Of a stretch of DNA of 64,000 nucleotides, positions 14,912 to 28,046 are shown one piece after another. The translations under genes and the position numbers were made by a program. Origin of the DNA: Octopus vulgaris (taxonomy: Eukaryota); assembly GCA_951406725.2 (NCBI GenBank), contig OX597824.1, positions 17,050,001-17,114,000 of the forward strand, read 5' to 3'. The notes under the pieces were generated by a model. That model was not told the DNA's origin. It worked only from the letters and a program-made list of their open reading frames with translations, and searched no databases. Numbering within the stretch: position 1 is the stretch's first letter; every line of letters begins with the position of its first letter.

Positions 14912-15098
14912 AGGCGCCGAGCTGGATATGACTCTTTGTGACAGTTTCAACCGCCCTTACTTTCTCAGGTTAAATTCCCCCGAAGTCGACCTTGACGAGG
15001 TCGACGTCCTCTTAGAGTCCATAAATTAAGTACCAGTCATGTACTGGGATTGATGTAGTCGACTTGTCCTCTTCCCCAAAATTTCAGTAGAAAGGATT
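14912..15098 (+). mobile_element. SINE family C, degenerate, tail type 2
   Basis: GGCGCCGAGCTGG head, AAATTAAGTACCAG body, CCCCAAAATTTC...GTAGAAAGGAT tail running into (TTA)n. Confidence 0.7.
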
Positions 15099-15129
15099 AT
15101 TATAATTGTTATTATTATTATTATTATTA

Positions 15130-15191
<62 letters not shown>

Positions 15192-15249
15192 GTTATCATT
15201 ATTATTATTATTATTATTATTATTGTTATTATCATTATCATCATCATTA

Positions 15250-15286
<37 letters not shown>

Positions 15287-15291
15287 CATCA

Positions 15292-15350
<59 letters not shown>

Positions 15351-15417
15351 ATTATTATTATTAAACAGAAACTAAGTGTTAAAAACAAAATTAATTATTA
15401 AAATCCAAAATTAATTA

Positions 15418-15499
<82 letters not shown>

Positions 15500-15500
<1 letters not shown>

Positions 15501-15668
15501 TCATTTCGTCCGTCTCTAAGTTGTGTTCAAATTCCGCCGAGGTAAACTTCGGCTTTCGTCGTGTCGGGATCGATAAATTAAATACCAGCTATGTACTGGG
15601 GTCTATGTAGTCAAGTTATCCCCTTCCCCCAAAATTTCAGGCCCTGTGCCTTTTGTAGAAAGGATTAC
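15500..15668 (+). mobile_element. SINE family C, 5'-truncated, tail type 2
   Basis: GTTCAAATTCCGCCGAGG...CGATAAATTAAATACCAG...CCCCAAAATTTCAGGCC...GTAGAAAGGAT. Confidence 0.75.
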
Positions 15669-16390
15669 TATCATTATTATTTCAATGGTACCATGCGAAT
15701 TTGAAGGAGCTATGGATGCTTTATCCAGCGGGTTGAATTATCAAATCTCAGATTATTACTCTGGTTGTTTTCACTGCCCCAGTGCTTGTTTTGTTCTTTT
15801 TTTTTTGTCATTTTTTGCTTGTCATTTTGTTTTTTCCTTCATCAATCCTCATATTAAGAGCGGTCACAGTAGGAAGAATATGTGTTGGGACGTGAAAGGG
15901 AGAGGAGAAAGTGTGAGAAGTGTTGAAATTAACCTGAATTTCAAATTAAACGAAGATTGATGGGCCAGAGACTCGGCCTTTCTTTCCAGGAATATCCCAA
16001 AACGTCCGATCACTCGGAATAGTTCATTTCGCATTTGCTAATATTGTTATAGCCGTTGTTACTATTGGTTGTTAGGTGAGAGGTAAAAGTGGGTAATGAC
16101 GAACGTAGCTTTCAAATTATTTATTTTTTTCATAAATTTTCTGTTTCTTTTTGATTTCTCGTGGACTTTTCTTAGTTTTTATGATATGTTTGTTTTTTTT
16201 TACTTCATCTCCCTATTGCCTTCAAACGCCTTTAGGATATCTTCTTCGACATACACCATTTCCTTTCCATAGATTGCTTCTACGGTCTAGAAAGAATATT
16301 CTTGGTGTTAATTTTTACTTTCTTTCGTCCCAGTTTTTTCCCGTCTATATTGTATTGGGTGTCGATTAAGATTTATTCATTTTGTTTTTT

Positions 16391-16442
<52 letters not shown>

Positions 16443-16513
16443 CACAAACATACAAATATACAAGCATACATAAACCCATATGTATGTATGTACGGATGTA
16501 TTTGTGTGTCTGT

Positions 16514-16548
<35 letters not shown>

Positions 16549-16693
16549 CTACTCTATGTTATTTTAATATTTTTTGTTTTTGCTCACTTCTGTTCTCCAC
16601 ACACAAGCTTCTACTCTGCTCATATATCAGACACATATTTCATTGACGTGTGCTTGATATATATGTGCACGTCACTGCAAATATCTATCTATT

Positions 16694-16742
<49 letters not shown>

Positions 16743-16820
16743 ATATATATATGTGTGTGTCTGTGTGAATATATATATGTGTATATGTATATATATATAT
16801 ATGTATATATATATATAAAT

Positions 16821-16855
<35 letters not shown>

Positions 16856-17141
16856 ATATGTACATATGCATACATTCGTGTATGCATTTGTGTGTGCGGA
16901 GGAAAGACAGAAAGGGAGTAAGAGAACAATTACGTGTATGGACGTACACACACTACCATCCATATGTGTGTACGTGCACGTATTTGTATATGACGCCAAG
17001 TGTGTAGCCTACATTCGTCGGCCATTTTTAATTCTTATTATTTCTTATATTTCATGCCTTCTGCAGTTTCTACTGTATTTCGTTTCGTACTTTATTTTAT
17101 TTCAACGAAGATATTCTATCGATTGTTTTCCCGAGTTTGCT

Positions 17142-17297
17142 TTCTTCTTCTTCTTCTTCTTCTTCTTCTTCTTCTTCTTCTTCTTCTTCTTCTTCTTCTT
17201 CTTCTTCTTCTTCTTCTTCTTCTTCTTCTTCTTCTTCTTCTTCTTCTTCTTCTTCTTCTTCTTCTTCTTCTTCTTCTTCTTCTTCTTCTTCTTCTTC
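17142..17297. repeat. Pure (TTC)n, about 52 units
   Basis: Seen directly. Confidence 0.98.
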
Positions 17298-17565
17298 CAT
17301 ATCATTTAAATATTTATATTAGTCAGTCAGTGTATATGAATCGTTGCACGCTTTTGTACGCATGCGTATGCATTCAAGAATGTAGATAAGTTTTAATATT
17401 TGTTTACATGTTCATCTTCGTTTTATTATATATATATTTTTAATCATTATTGTTCGTTCTGTAACGAAAAGCGCTGGTTTCTAGTAAATTATGAAAGGCA
17501 CCTGTACTAGGATGTAGATAAACAAAATGTTACTTGTTGAACTATATTAAATACATATATGTATG

Positions 17566-17668
<103 letters not shown>

Positions 17669-17714
17669 TATATATATACGACGGCATGGTGATGATGGTT
17701 TCATTTTTTTCTAT

Positions 17715-18060
17715 TAGTGTACAGGAGCATTCAGGAACAGCCGCCTGCTCGTGAAATGAACGTGCAAGTGGCTGAGCACTCCACAGACACGTGTAACGTT
17801 AACGTGGTTTTCAAGGAGATTGAGCGTGATACATAGGGCGACAATGCTGGCCCTTTGAAATACACATACAACAGGAACAGGAAAAAAGATTGAAAGAAAA
17901 TTGTGGTGAAAGAGTACAGCAGGGTTCACCACCAACCCTACCCGAAGCATCGTGGAGATTTAGGTGTTTTTGCTCAATAAACATTCTCAACGTCCGTTCT
18001 GGGTATTGAAACCACGATCCCACCACCGCGAGTCCGCTGCTCAAGACACTGAGCCATTGC
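17715..18060 (-). mobile_element. SINE family B, tail type 1, diverged
   Basis: Reverse complement aligns by eye with 36448-36830. Confidence 0.85.
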
Positions 18061-18074
18061 TTTTCCATATGTAA

Positions 18075-18115
<41 letters not shown>

Positions 18116-18187
18116 TATATATATGCATATGTATGTATGCATATGTATATGTTTGTATGCATGTATATGTATATATATAAATATATC

Positions 18188-18237
<50 letters not shown>

Positions 18238-18769
18238 TACATACATGCATACATACATACATACATACATACATACATACATACATACATACATACATAC
18301 ATACATACATACAAACATGCATACAAACATATATATATGTTTGAATGTATTTGCAAGGGAAGGGTTAGCCGGTCACAATTTCTGTATGGGTACAGTAGCT
18401 TTTCGGATTTAGTGCTAACTTATTTACTCATATAACCAAATACACCAGTAATTATTTGTACCGATGTAAATGTATAACTTCCTTGAGAGGCCGCACGTCT
18501 CAAAAGCTTTTGCTTGTTACGCGTTTTCTCATTTTCGTTCATGCGGAAAGAAATGCTGACATCTGCAGCACAGCTGACCTATATAACGGAACATAATTCT
18601 GAATATGTACGTAATTGCATGCCTGTATACGTATGTACGCGTGCACGTATCTGTGTACGCATGTATGCACGCATGCGTGTATACATGCACTAATATATGT
18701 CTGTGTATGTTTGTATGTTTCTATGCATGCATGCGCGTGTATGTATGTTTGTATGTATAAATGAATGTA

Positions 18770-18813
<44 letters not shown>

Positions 18814-18937
18814 TATACGTATATATATAATGCATATTTATACATATATATATACACATATGTGTATATATATACATATATATACATACATATACACATA
18901 TATACATACATACGTATATATATACATACATACATAT

Positions 18938-18999
18938 GATTGATTGATTGATTGATTCTAGTTTCAGCTTATGAGCTGTGGCCATGCTGGGGCACCGCC

Positions 19000-19000
<1 letters not shown>
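18938..19000 (-). mobile_element. LINE/SINE 3' tail related to the family A tail, ending in (AATC)n
   Basis: Minus strand reads GGCGGTGCCCCAGCATGGCCACAGCTCATAAGCTGAAACTAG(AATC)n. Confidence 0.65.
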
Positions 19001-19044
<44 letters not shown>

Positions 19045-19062
19045 ACACACAAGTATACGAAA

Positions 19063-19106
<44 letters not shown>

Positions 19107-19224
19107 ATACATATGTGTGTGTACGAGAGCACGTGTTTGTGTTTGTGCGTGCACTGAGACATATGTGTGTTGTACCGTAAGTAATGCAAAAGTGAACATA
19201 ACTTTTGCATTAACCTATAGATGC

Positions 19225-19620
19225 CGTTCAGATTGCAAACAACGGTAAGTAACTAATTCATATAACACCTCGTTATGTTCTTCGTGAAACAAAAATAATG
19301 GGTTCAAACAGTGGGGAAACAGTGCTGGCAGAGTAACATGAGGAGAAATGAACAAGATATTTAGAGAACAAAACCACGATATGACCAATGTGTGCACATG
19401 ACTTGAAAGGTCTATAGAAAAGCAAAGCAGCTTTGAAGACAAACCATTTGGTGGGAGATCATCTGCTATGACCACTGAGACGAATTGTGAGTGAGACGAC
19501 GGACTGAAACGAAATGGGACAAGTCACAATTCGAGAGTTTGTTCCGCAACAAGACTGTGGTCAACACTGCATTTCAGAAAATGGTAGAGGACCCACGAAT
19601 CAGAATTTATATTGAAAATT
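19225..19620 (+). pseudogene. Decayed mariner transposase N-terminal (HTH) fragment
   Basis: One frame reads KQR*V...GEMNKIFREQNHDMTNVCT*LERSIEKQSSFEDKPFGGRSSAMTTETNCE*DDGL, then after a frameshift QVTIRE. Compare mariner KQRAVIEF...SLEDKPRSGRP...RRVTIRE. Confidence 0.6.
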
Positions 19621-19680
19621 CTAGGTTAGTATTGCAGGAATTATAAATGTTGTATTCCATGTAGTCACCGATGTGGATAG

Positions 19681-19851
<171 letters not shown>

Positions 19852-20039
19852 AATCGGTAGGTCATGACAATGGGTTTATCGTGTGATGAAATTAGCACAA
19901 AGAATCAGCACAGCTTTTGTAGCTGTCAAGTGTGGTATTCTAAGTGCATATATGTGTGTATATTTAATACACACCCACACACACAAACATTTGCACAAAT
20001 ACTTATTATAAACATATACTTGATGGATAGCAGGTCCGT

Positions 20040-20305
20040 CAAGCTTCTTTTGACCTGTAGGACAAAAGTCACTTTGTATCCGAAGTCATGTAATGAAGGC
20101 ATGTTTTGATTCCACATGATGTCCCAGCGGGTCGTGGTGTCTGACGATGTAAAACTGTGGCATTTGAGGTTGGAAGAAATATTGATGTTGTGGTTATATG
20201 GTCGACAACTGGGTAAGTAGGTACAAAAGTATACATGGATAAGTCGTATGGGATAAAGTGGCGTCAGTTTAATCTTGTAGGCGTCGTGGAGGAACACCGG
20301 TGACG
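20040..20305 (-). mobile_element. Possible Gypsy integrase C-terminal remnant
   Basis: TSPVFLHDAYKIKLTPLY resembles the GPY/F-region HVFLRHDAVKxPLxPxY, and TTTRWD resembles the terminal TTRSGR. Confidence 0.35.
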
Positions 20306-21290
20306 TCATTAATATGATAAGGTTTATTCACTTTAAAAAGGGGAACAACCCTGAATTATTTCCCGTTGCGCGTAGTTGGCAGCTAGACGGCACCGAACAG
20401 CGTAGGTATAAAAGACAGCCGTCTTCATGTTCAAATAGTCGCGTTTTTGCTTTCTCCTCACATACACGGCGACTCACGCTTGCAAGGCCAGCATGGTAGC
20501 TGAAACTAGCTAATATCTTTGGGACATGAAACTCTCTCTCTGTCTCTCTCTCTGGTTTTCTCATTACGCACCGGTGACAGAACATACAAGCCGTCGTTAG
20601 ATACATACATTTCCTTTGACTTACTCTTGTTTCATTTTGCTTATGTTGACCGGAAGTCTGGCAAGACGTATTCAAAAATTTCTTAAGTAAATTGCGACCA
20701 GCATTCAATTGTTCTTTGTATGAACACGTTTGAATTGAACTTCCATTTACGTATCTACATTTTCACTGTGTTACAATAAATATTTTGTTGAAGATATTTC
20801 ATTCTTTATTGCCCACAAGGGGCTAAACATATAGGAGACAAACAAGGACAGACAAAGGGACTAAGTCGATTAAATCGACCCCAGTGCGTAACTGGTACTT
20901 ATTTAATTCGACCCCGAAAGGATGAAAGGCAAAGTCGATCTCGGCGGAATTTGAACTCAGAACATAGCGGCAGACGAAATACCACTAAGCATTTCGCCTG
21001 GCGTGCTAACGATTCTGCCAGCTCGCCGCCTTATTTTGTTGAAGATATTGTGAACTCTGTGTCGTCGTAGATATTCGTTGTTAACGAATTAATTTTTGTT
21101 GTCCCCCAAAAGGACGCGCTAAGAAACTGGTGACTCGAACGTGTGTGAACAGCGGGGACGTCAGTAATATCTCAATGCCGTATATTTGACGTCTTCACGT
21201 CCGTTAATGGTTTTACTAGAACTCCTGACGTTTTGGATGACAAATTTGAGGATCATGATAGATGCCATAGAATTTTATAATCCATCAATT
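20295..21290 (+). mobile_element. Gypsy-type 5' LTR, PBS and gag start, with a SINE inserted in the LTR
   Basis: TATAAAA at about 20407, AATAAA at about 20775, PBS-like TGGTGACTCGAACGTG at 21128 (cf. tRNA-Trp PBS TGGTGACCCCGACGTG), then ISMPYI*RLHVR*WF (cf. gag KLPPFWxxxPxxWF). The left boundary is uncertain. Confidence 0.55.
20799..21031 (-). mobile_element. SINE family C monomer (tRNA-like head, Meta/Sauria-like central domain, tail type 1) with an 18-bp TSD
   Basis: TSD TATTTTGTTGAAGATATT at 20781-20798 and 21032-21049. Central block close to GACTTTGCCTTTCATCCTTTCGGGGTCG. Confidence 0.92.
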
Positions 21291-22368
21291 AGCAAAAGAG
21301 ACAAACTGTAAAAAGTAGATTGACTAGTTTAACAATGACAGAAACCTCATGTTCTAATCTTCCTTCCCGAAATACCAATGAAAAGTAGACCAGATTTTCA
21401 CCATCCACTATCTTTTCTTTATGAAATTGTTCTGCAAGAATTATAGAAATATTCAATAAATATGTAAACTGTTGTTTCGTCTTCATTATTTAGAGATTTC
21501 CACCATTTATCACTTAACTCCAAATTACATTGTACTGGACTGAGAAAAATGTGTGCATTTGTCTATGTACATCTCTCTGCTAGTTTTTCTCCCCCTCTCT
21601 CTTCCTCTCTCTCCATCTATCTACCTATCACGTAGCCTATCTATCTATCTATCTATCTATCTATCTGACCATCTATCTATCTATCTATCCTCTATCTCTC
21701 TATCTATCTGTCAAACTACGTACGTGCGTACGTACTTCCCTACCTACCTACATATCTATTTATTCCTCTATCGATCTATATGTATGTATATATATGTATA
21801 GTTATATCTCTCTAACTCTCTGTCTATTTGTCTGTCTGTTTGTCTGCCTATCTGTCTGTTTGCTTCTCTGTCCGAGTATTTATCTCTACACATGTACACA
21901 CGTATTCATACCAAACCGTGTACTTACACACACAAACACACGAACACGTAAGTGTGTGTGAGTGATTGTTATTAGTTGCTCACACACTTAGAGGCTGGCT
22001 ATGAAAAAGTTCACAGACTGGTTAAACCCTAGAGTTTTCCCTACAAATAAATGAATAAAAAAAAAAACTGAAATAAATAAATAAATTAAGCAGAGTGAAA
22101 TGTCGCTCCAGCAGCATCCACCGAATTTTTTGACCATATACGGCATTTAGGAAATGAATGCCATAGGGGAAAAACTACGGAAGAGACAATTCTCGTAAAC
22201 GGTTGAAATTGCAGGATTTGGTTTATTCAATTTCTGTTATATTGCCGAAGGTTTTGTGTAAATTATGAAGCTCGTAAAATGGCATTTATCAATGAAAAAC
22301 ACCAATGTATGCTGAGTGATAGGGTTTTCTTTCTCCACCATTTTCTTCTCCTCGCAGTACTTTGTGTA

Positions 22369-22410
<42 letters not shown>

Positions 22411-22769
22411 GGACAGAGAGACATGTTGGAAAATAAGAAATAGACGAAACAAAGAGGAGAGAAAAATGTAGTGAATGAATATTTAATATAATTAAAACAA
22501 AAAAAAAAATTTGTAAGCTGCTGTTTCGAACTGACCTCATTTTTTTTTTAATGGAACAAGCAAGCGAGCCGAGGGAATAACCGATTCAACTCAGCCTTCC
22601 TGTGTATCGTCCATCCATACCATTCTAATCATACTTCATCTCCAGTCACCAGACCAACTAACAAACCAGCCAACAATCCTGTCAACCATATTGCAAAACG
22701 AACTCCCGACCGATTGATCGACCGATTAAAAATGTCCAGTTAAATGGTTGATCTCATCCAGTTGTAATA

Positions 22770-23390
22770 TTGGTATCAAAGTTTGGCACAAGGCCAGCAA
22801 ATTTGGGGGAGGGTTTAAGTCGATTACATCGAACCCAGAGCTCAACTGATACTTCATTTATCGACCCCGAAAGTGAAGGTCAGCCTCGGTGGAATTTGAA
22901 CACAGAACATAAAGACGGACGAAGTGAAAACGTTAAGACAGACGAACTCAACATAAGCACGGACAGAATCATCATCATCATCATTGTTCGACCGTGGTCG
23001 AGACTTTCATAGTCTTTTCAAATGGCTAATAATGTGTGCGCGCGCCACTACTACACACATTGGAAAGCATTGTACAACCAAGTACTAAAGAAGATCTTTC
23101 CTCCTCCATGAAACAAAGCTGTTCCCGCTGGACGTCAACCCTGTATTTCTAAGCTACGGACCCAGTGATTTATTGTAAGGTTATCTCCCTAGATAGATTG
23201 CCTTCACTACGGCTAAGGAGCCCTTTCTACCCCATGCCGCTAAGCATTTTGTCCGGTGTACTAACGATTCTTTTCTACTCTAGGCAAAAGGTCCGAAATT
23301 TATGGGGAGGAGGCCAGTCGATTAGATCGACGCCAGTACGCAACTGGTACTTAATTTATCGACCCGGAAAGATAAACCCGACCTTTCTTA
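22770..23390 (-). mobile_element. Degenerate SINE family C multimer interrupted by a short RTE-like element
   Basis: Family C blocks at 22770-22960 and 23235-23390. Confidence 0.7.
22968..23234 (-). mobile_element. Short non-autonomous RTE-like element (5'UTR-like start joined to a (GAT)n tail)
   Basis: Minus strand begins GGGGTAGAAAGGGCTCCTTAGCCGTAGTGAAGGCAATCTATCTAGG and ends CGACCACGGTCGAACAAT(GAT)n. Confidence 0.5.
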
Positions 23391-23483
23391 TCAACCTGTA
23401 TTCATTTTGTGATCTTTCTGTGGCTTAGAAGTATTTTCACTTCTATTTTTAATGAAGCGGGTGCTATATACTAGTACCCTAGG

Positions 23484-23521
<38 letters not shown>

Positions 23522-24226
23522 CTCTGTGTGTGTGCGTGTGTGTGTATGCATGTATATGTGTGTCTGTATGTGTGTGTGTGTGTGTGTGTGGGTGTCATAT
23601 ATTTTATTGACTTGCCTATACGGCTGTACGCTCGCGGCCACCAGCGATATTATTTTTAGAAATATCGTTCTTATATTTTAGTCTTTATATATATATAATT
23701 GTAAGGTCATGGCCTAAACATGCTGCTTATATTCATTATTCCAGCTCTTTTGGTTTCAATCAATATGCTAACTGATTGAGCGTTCCAAAAACTCCTTTGT
23801 TTTTCTTAATAATCTCATATTTCCCAACCCTCCCTCCCTCTCTCATATTCTCTCTTCCTCATCATTTTATCTTCCTCTATCTCTTAAACGTATTCAGTTT
23901 ATTTACTTCTGTACACATTTTCACTTATTTCATATATTTTTTATCAATCTATCTTTCTGTCTATCTGCCTATCCATCGACACCTAACAACTTTTATCATT
24001 GTATTTGTTTGTTTGTTTTCGTTCTTTCTTTGTTTCTTGAAGTCAAATCTTATCTCGGTTTTGATTTTCTCCTTCTCTTTCCCTGTTCCTTTTGTTTTTC
24101 TTGTTTTTTCCCTTTATTTTCTTTGCCTGTTCTTTCACCAATTTCTTCTCACTTTTCTCGCTTCTTCTCGCTTCTTTCTTGTTCTGCTGTCTTTTTCTGC
24201 CCATTGTTTTTCTTTCTACTTCCCTC

Positions 24227-24310
<84 letters not shown>

Positions 24311-24366
24311 TATATATATATAGAGAGAGATAGATAGATGGACATATATATATGTATAAATAAATA

Positions 24367-24418
<52 letters not shown>

Positions 24419-24474
24419 CATACATACTTGTATGCATGCATACATATATGCACACATACATAATGCATACTTGC

Positions 24475-24504
<30 letters not shown>

Positions 24505-24505
<1 letters not shown>

Positions 24506-24574
24506 ATAAAGTCAAATAATGAAGGTGATAAATTGAATATTAATTTAACATCAATTTAAACCTAATAGCCTAGC

Positions 24575-24636
<62 letters not shown>

Positions 24637-25005
24637 GTGAAAAATCGAATATTAATTTGATTAATATCAATTTAAAACCAATAGCCTAGCATATAGAAAA
24701 TCTGAAAATTCAGAAAAATTGTAATATATGCTTATAATAAGGGATGACCACTAAGTGGATATCCAATATGCTAGAAGAAGATCACCCACGATCTAACCAC
24801 AAAGAAAAGAATGTTCACTAGAGAAAAATCAGCAAACACTGGTCTACGATGAATTATTTACCTTCGTATATTTTCATCTGCCTTACCCGCTTATGTTCTG
24901 GTGTTTGATGAATTTCTCTAAAGAACATTCTATTCTTTGTGGTTAGATTGCAGGTGATCTTCTTCTAGCATATTGGATGTCCCCTTAGTGGTCATCCCTT
25001 TTTAT
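24505..25005. mobile_element. (TA)n-embedded element with ~103-bp inverted arms and a duplicated left end
   Basis: 24739-24842 is the reverse complement of 24898-25000. 24515-24577 repeats 24634-24693 across a TA tract. Confidence 0.7.
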
Positions 25006-25009
25006 ACGG

Positions 25010-25067
<58 letters not shown>

Positions 25068-25075
<8 letters not shown>

Positions 25076-25331
25076 ATCACGTGACCGACCAGACCACAGA
25101 CGTTGTTACACATCACTGGTCACAATGCGTTCGCATTGTTTTAGCTTTCGAATGAGGCCACCCCGCTGGCTAAGCGAGCAGGCCAACAGAGGAAAGAGTG
25201 GGAGAAAGAGTGGTGAAAGAGTACAGGTTTTAGGTGTTTTCGCTCAATAAACACTCACAACACCTTGTCTGGGAATCGAAACCGCGATCCTGCGACCGCG
25301 AGTCCGCTGCCCTAACCACTAGGCCATTGCG
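25068..25331 (-). mobile_element. SINE family B, tail type 2, with an internal deletion
   Basis: Same head and tail as 9744-10040; ends GGTCACGTGATCACGTGAT. Confidence 0.87.
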
Positions 25332-25774
25332 TAGGAATTTCTATATGTTTAAGAGATTTCATCTTGAGTTTCACCGCGCAGTATCTTACGGAATTGGCTT
25401 ATACTAAATCACTGAGCCAAGAATATCTCGTGAGCGTATCAACTGAGCGGAGACTGCGTTAACTCTCGTCGTGTGCGTATGTATGTGTATGTGTATGTAC
25501 ATGCGCTTGTTTGCATTGGTTTAATATGTATGATTGTGCTTGCGTTTGTGGTTTTCTTTCTCTGCATGAACACCGGTATAGGTTTTATTACGTCCCCACG
25601 AGCGTGTGCTCTGACTCCCAGACAATGACTGATAGAATATGGTGTCAGATTTGACATATATACTCAGATCAATTGACCAATAATGAAGAACCTTTGAAGT
25701 GTAGTAGCGTGGCAATGCACCCAAGAATAGCGTAGATAAAGATTGGCAGCAGGTTGGTCCCAAGTATTGTATTA

Positions 25775-26152
25775 TTTGTTTAATTCTTTCAGACATTCGA
25801 CTGCGGCCATGCTGGAGCACCGCCTTTATTCGAACAAATCGATCCCAGGACTTATTCTTTGTAAGCCTAGTGCTTCTTCTATCACTCTCTGTTGCCGAAC
25901 CGCTAAGTTACCGGCGCGTAAACACACTAAGATCGCTTGTCAAGCGATGGTTTGGGGACAAACACAGACACATAAATACACACACACATATATATGTCGG
26001 GCTTCTTTCAGTTTCCGTTTGCCAAATACACTCACAAGGGTTCGGGCGGCCCGAGGCTATAGTAGAAGACACTTGCCCAAGGTGCCCCGAAGTGGGATTG
26101 AAGCCGTAATCATGTGGTTGGGAAGCAAGCGTCTTACCACAAAGCCACTCCT
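25775..26152 (-). mobile_element. SINE family A
   Basis: Colinear with 747-1166. Confidence 0.88.
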
Positions 26153-26224
26153 AATTGAATATTTAATATATTAATAATGTGAATAATCTATAAATTTAGA
26201 ATTATAAATAAAAATAATTATTTC

Positions 26225-26420
26225 CACCTTTGGCACATGACCTGAAATTTTGGGCAGAAGAGTTAATCAATCATTCCGAACCCAGAGCTCAAATGGCAAT
26301 CATCTATCGGCACCGAAATGTAGAGCCGACCCCGGCAGAATTGCAACTCAGAAGATTTAGAATCGGAAGGAATTCTACTAAAAATTTTTGTCCGACATAC
26401 TAACGGTTCTTCCAGCTTAC
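26225..26420 (-). mobile_element. SINE family C, old degenerate copy
   Basis: GGCAC..GACCTGAAATTTTGGG, AACTCAGAA and CTAACGGTTCTTCCAGCT motifs. Confidence 0.55.
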
Positions 26421-27499
26421 AGCAAATTAAAAATGAAAGCAGCCATCTAAAATAAGAACTAGCGTGTAAGTGTTTAAAAGCAATCAAATATTCTACATTA
26501 AGACAGTGTAGTGAACTTCTACGATATATGAAGAATGCAAGCCACATAGTCTTGGAAGATATACTCTTTAAATAAAATTTAGAATGGACGTAGACGAGAT
26601 GTCTTTGAATATAAGGGACACTAATAGCAGGGCTGATTCGTATCACATGACTGCAACGATGGTCAACTTCTGTTTTTCGAAAGCGTATCAGCCATTAACC
26701 AGCCTCTTAACCAATTAACCAGGAATCATTATCAACATTTTCACCACCGCCACCACCATCGTCGTCGTCGTCGTCGTCGTCATCATCATCATCATCATCA
26801 TCGTCATCGTCATCATCATCATCGCCTACATGATGAAAGAACTCTCCTCATTACAGCTGGTTGTCCATCCGTCTCTCATTCAATCCCTCACCACTCCACC
26901 CGATCACTCACCCAGTCATGCGTCAATCCACTTATTCATCCATCCCCATCCACCCATCGATAAATTCTATCCATTCTCCCATTTTACAACACATCCATCC
27001 ATACACCCACCCACCCGGCCCATTCCTGCATCCATCCAGCCATGCACCCATCCGTCCATCCATCCATTCATCGTCAATTATTCTATTCATCGTCAATGAT
27101 TCCAAATCGATTTAACTAACGATCGATCCCCCATCCAAACGCCTAATTACGCATCCCTCTATTCACCCACCTACTCCTTTATCAAAATCCCACCCCTCTA
27201 TCAATCCCTCCTTACCTCTATCCATCCATCCATCCATCCATCCATCCATCCATCTATTCCTCCATCCTTATATACAGGCATACATACGTACATACAAATC
27301 GATCTGTATCGATCAACCCATCCTTGCAAGACTTCTATCCATCCATCCATCCATCCTGTGGCTTCAGTAGGTGGCCTCCCGATTTGCTAGAAATAACTGC
27401 TAAATTTTCATCACATCTCACACCGAACCGATTTAAATACAAAGTAGGTAGCATATTACATTATGTAGTTGTCATGTGCTCCCATAAAAAGATGAAATA

Positions 27500-27740
27500 G
27501 GCGCAGGAGTAGCTGTGTGGTAAATAGCTAGCTTAGCAACCATATGGTTCCGGGTTCAGTCCCACTGCGTGGCACCTTTAGCAAGTGTCTTCTATTATAG
27601 CTTCGGGCCGGCCAAAGCCTTGTGAGTGGATTTGGTAGACGGAAACTGAATAAAGCCCGTCATATATATATATATATATATGTATGTATGCATGTATGTA
27701 TGTATATATCTATATATATCTATATATATCTATATCTATA

Positions 27741-27804
<64 letters not shown>

Positions 27805-28046
27805 TGTATGTATGTATGTATGAGTGTGTATGTTTGTGTGTCTGTGCTTGTCACCCCAACATCGTTTGACAACCGATGCTAGTGTGTTTATGCCCCCGTC
27901 ACTTAGCACTTCGGCAAAAGAGGCCGATAGAATAAGTACTAGGTATACGAAGAATAAGTCCTGGGGTCGATTTGCTCGACTAAAGGCGGTGCTCCAGCAT
28001 GGCCACAGTCAAATGACTGAAACAAGTGAAAGAGTAAAAGAGTAAA
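27500..28046 (+). mobile_element. SINE family A with an expanded internal microsatellite
   Basis: Full head GGCGCAGGAGTAGCTGTGTGG; internal TA/TATG tract of about 170 bp. Confidence 0.9.

Noticed and set aside
21990-22200. Possible mariner-type TIR or MITE remnant
   Set aside because: No matching second terminus found; the similarity is too degenerate.
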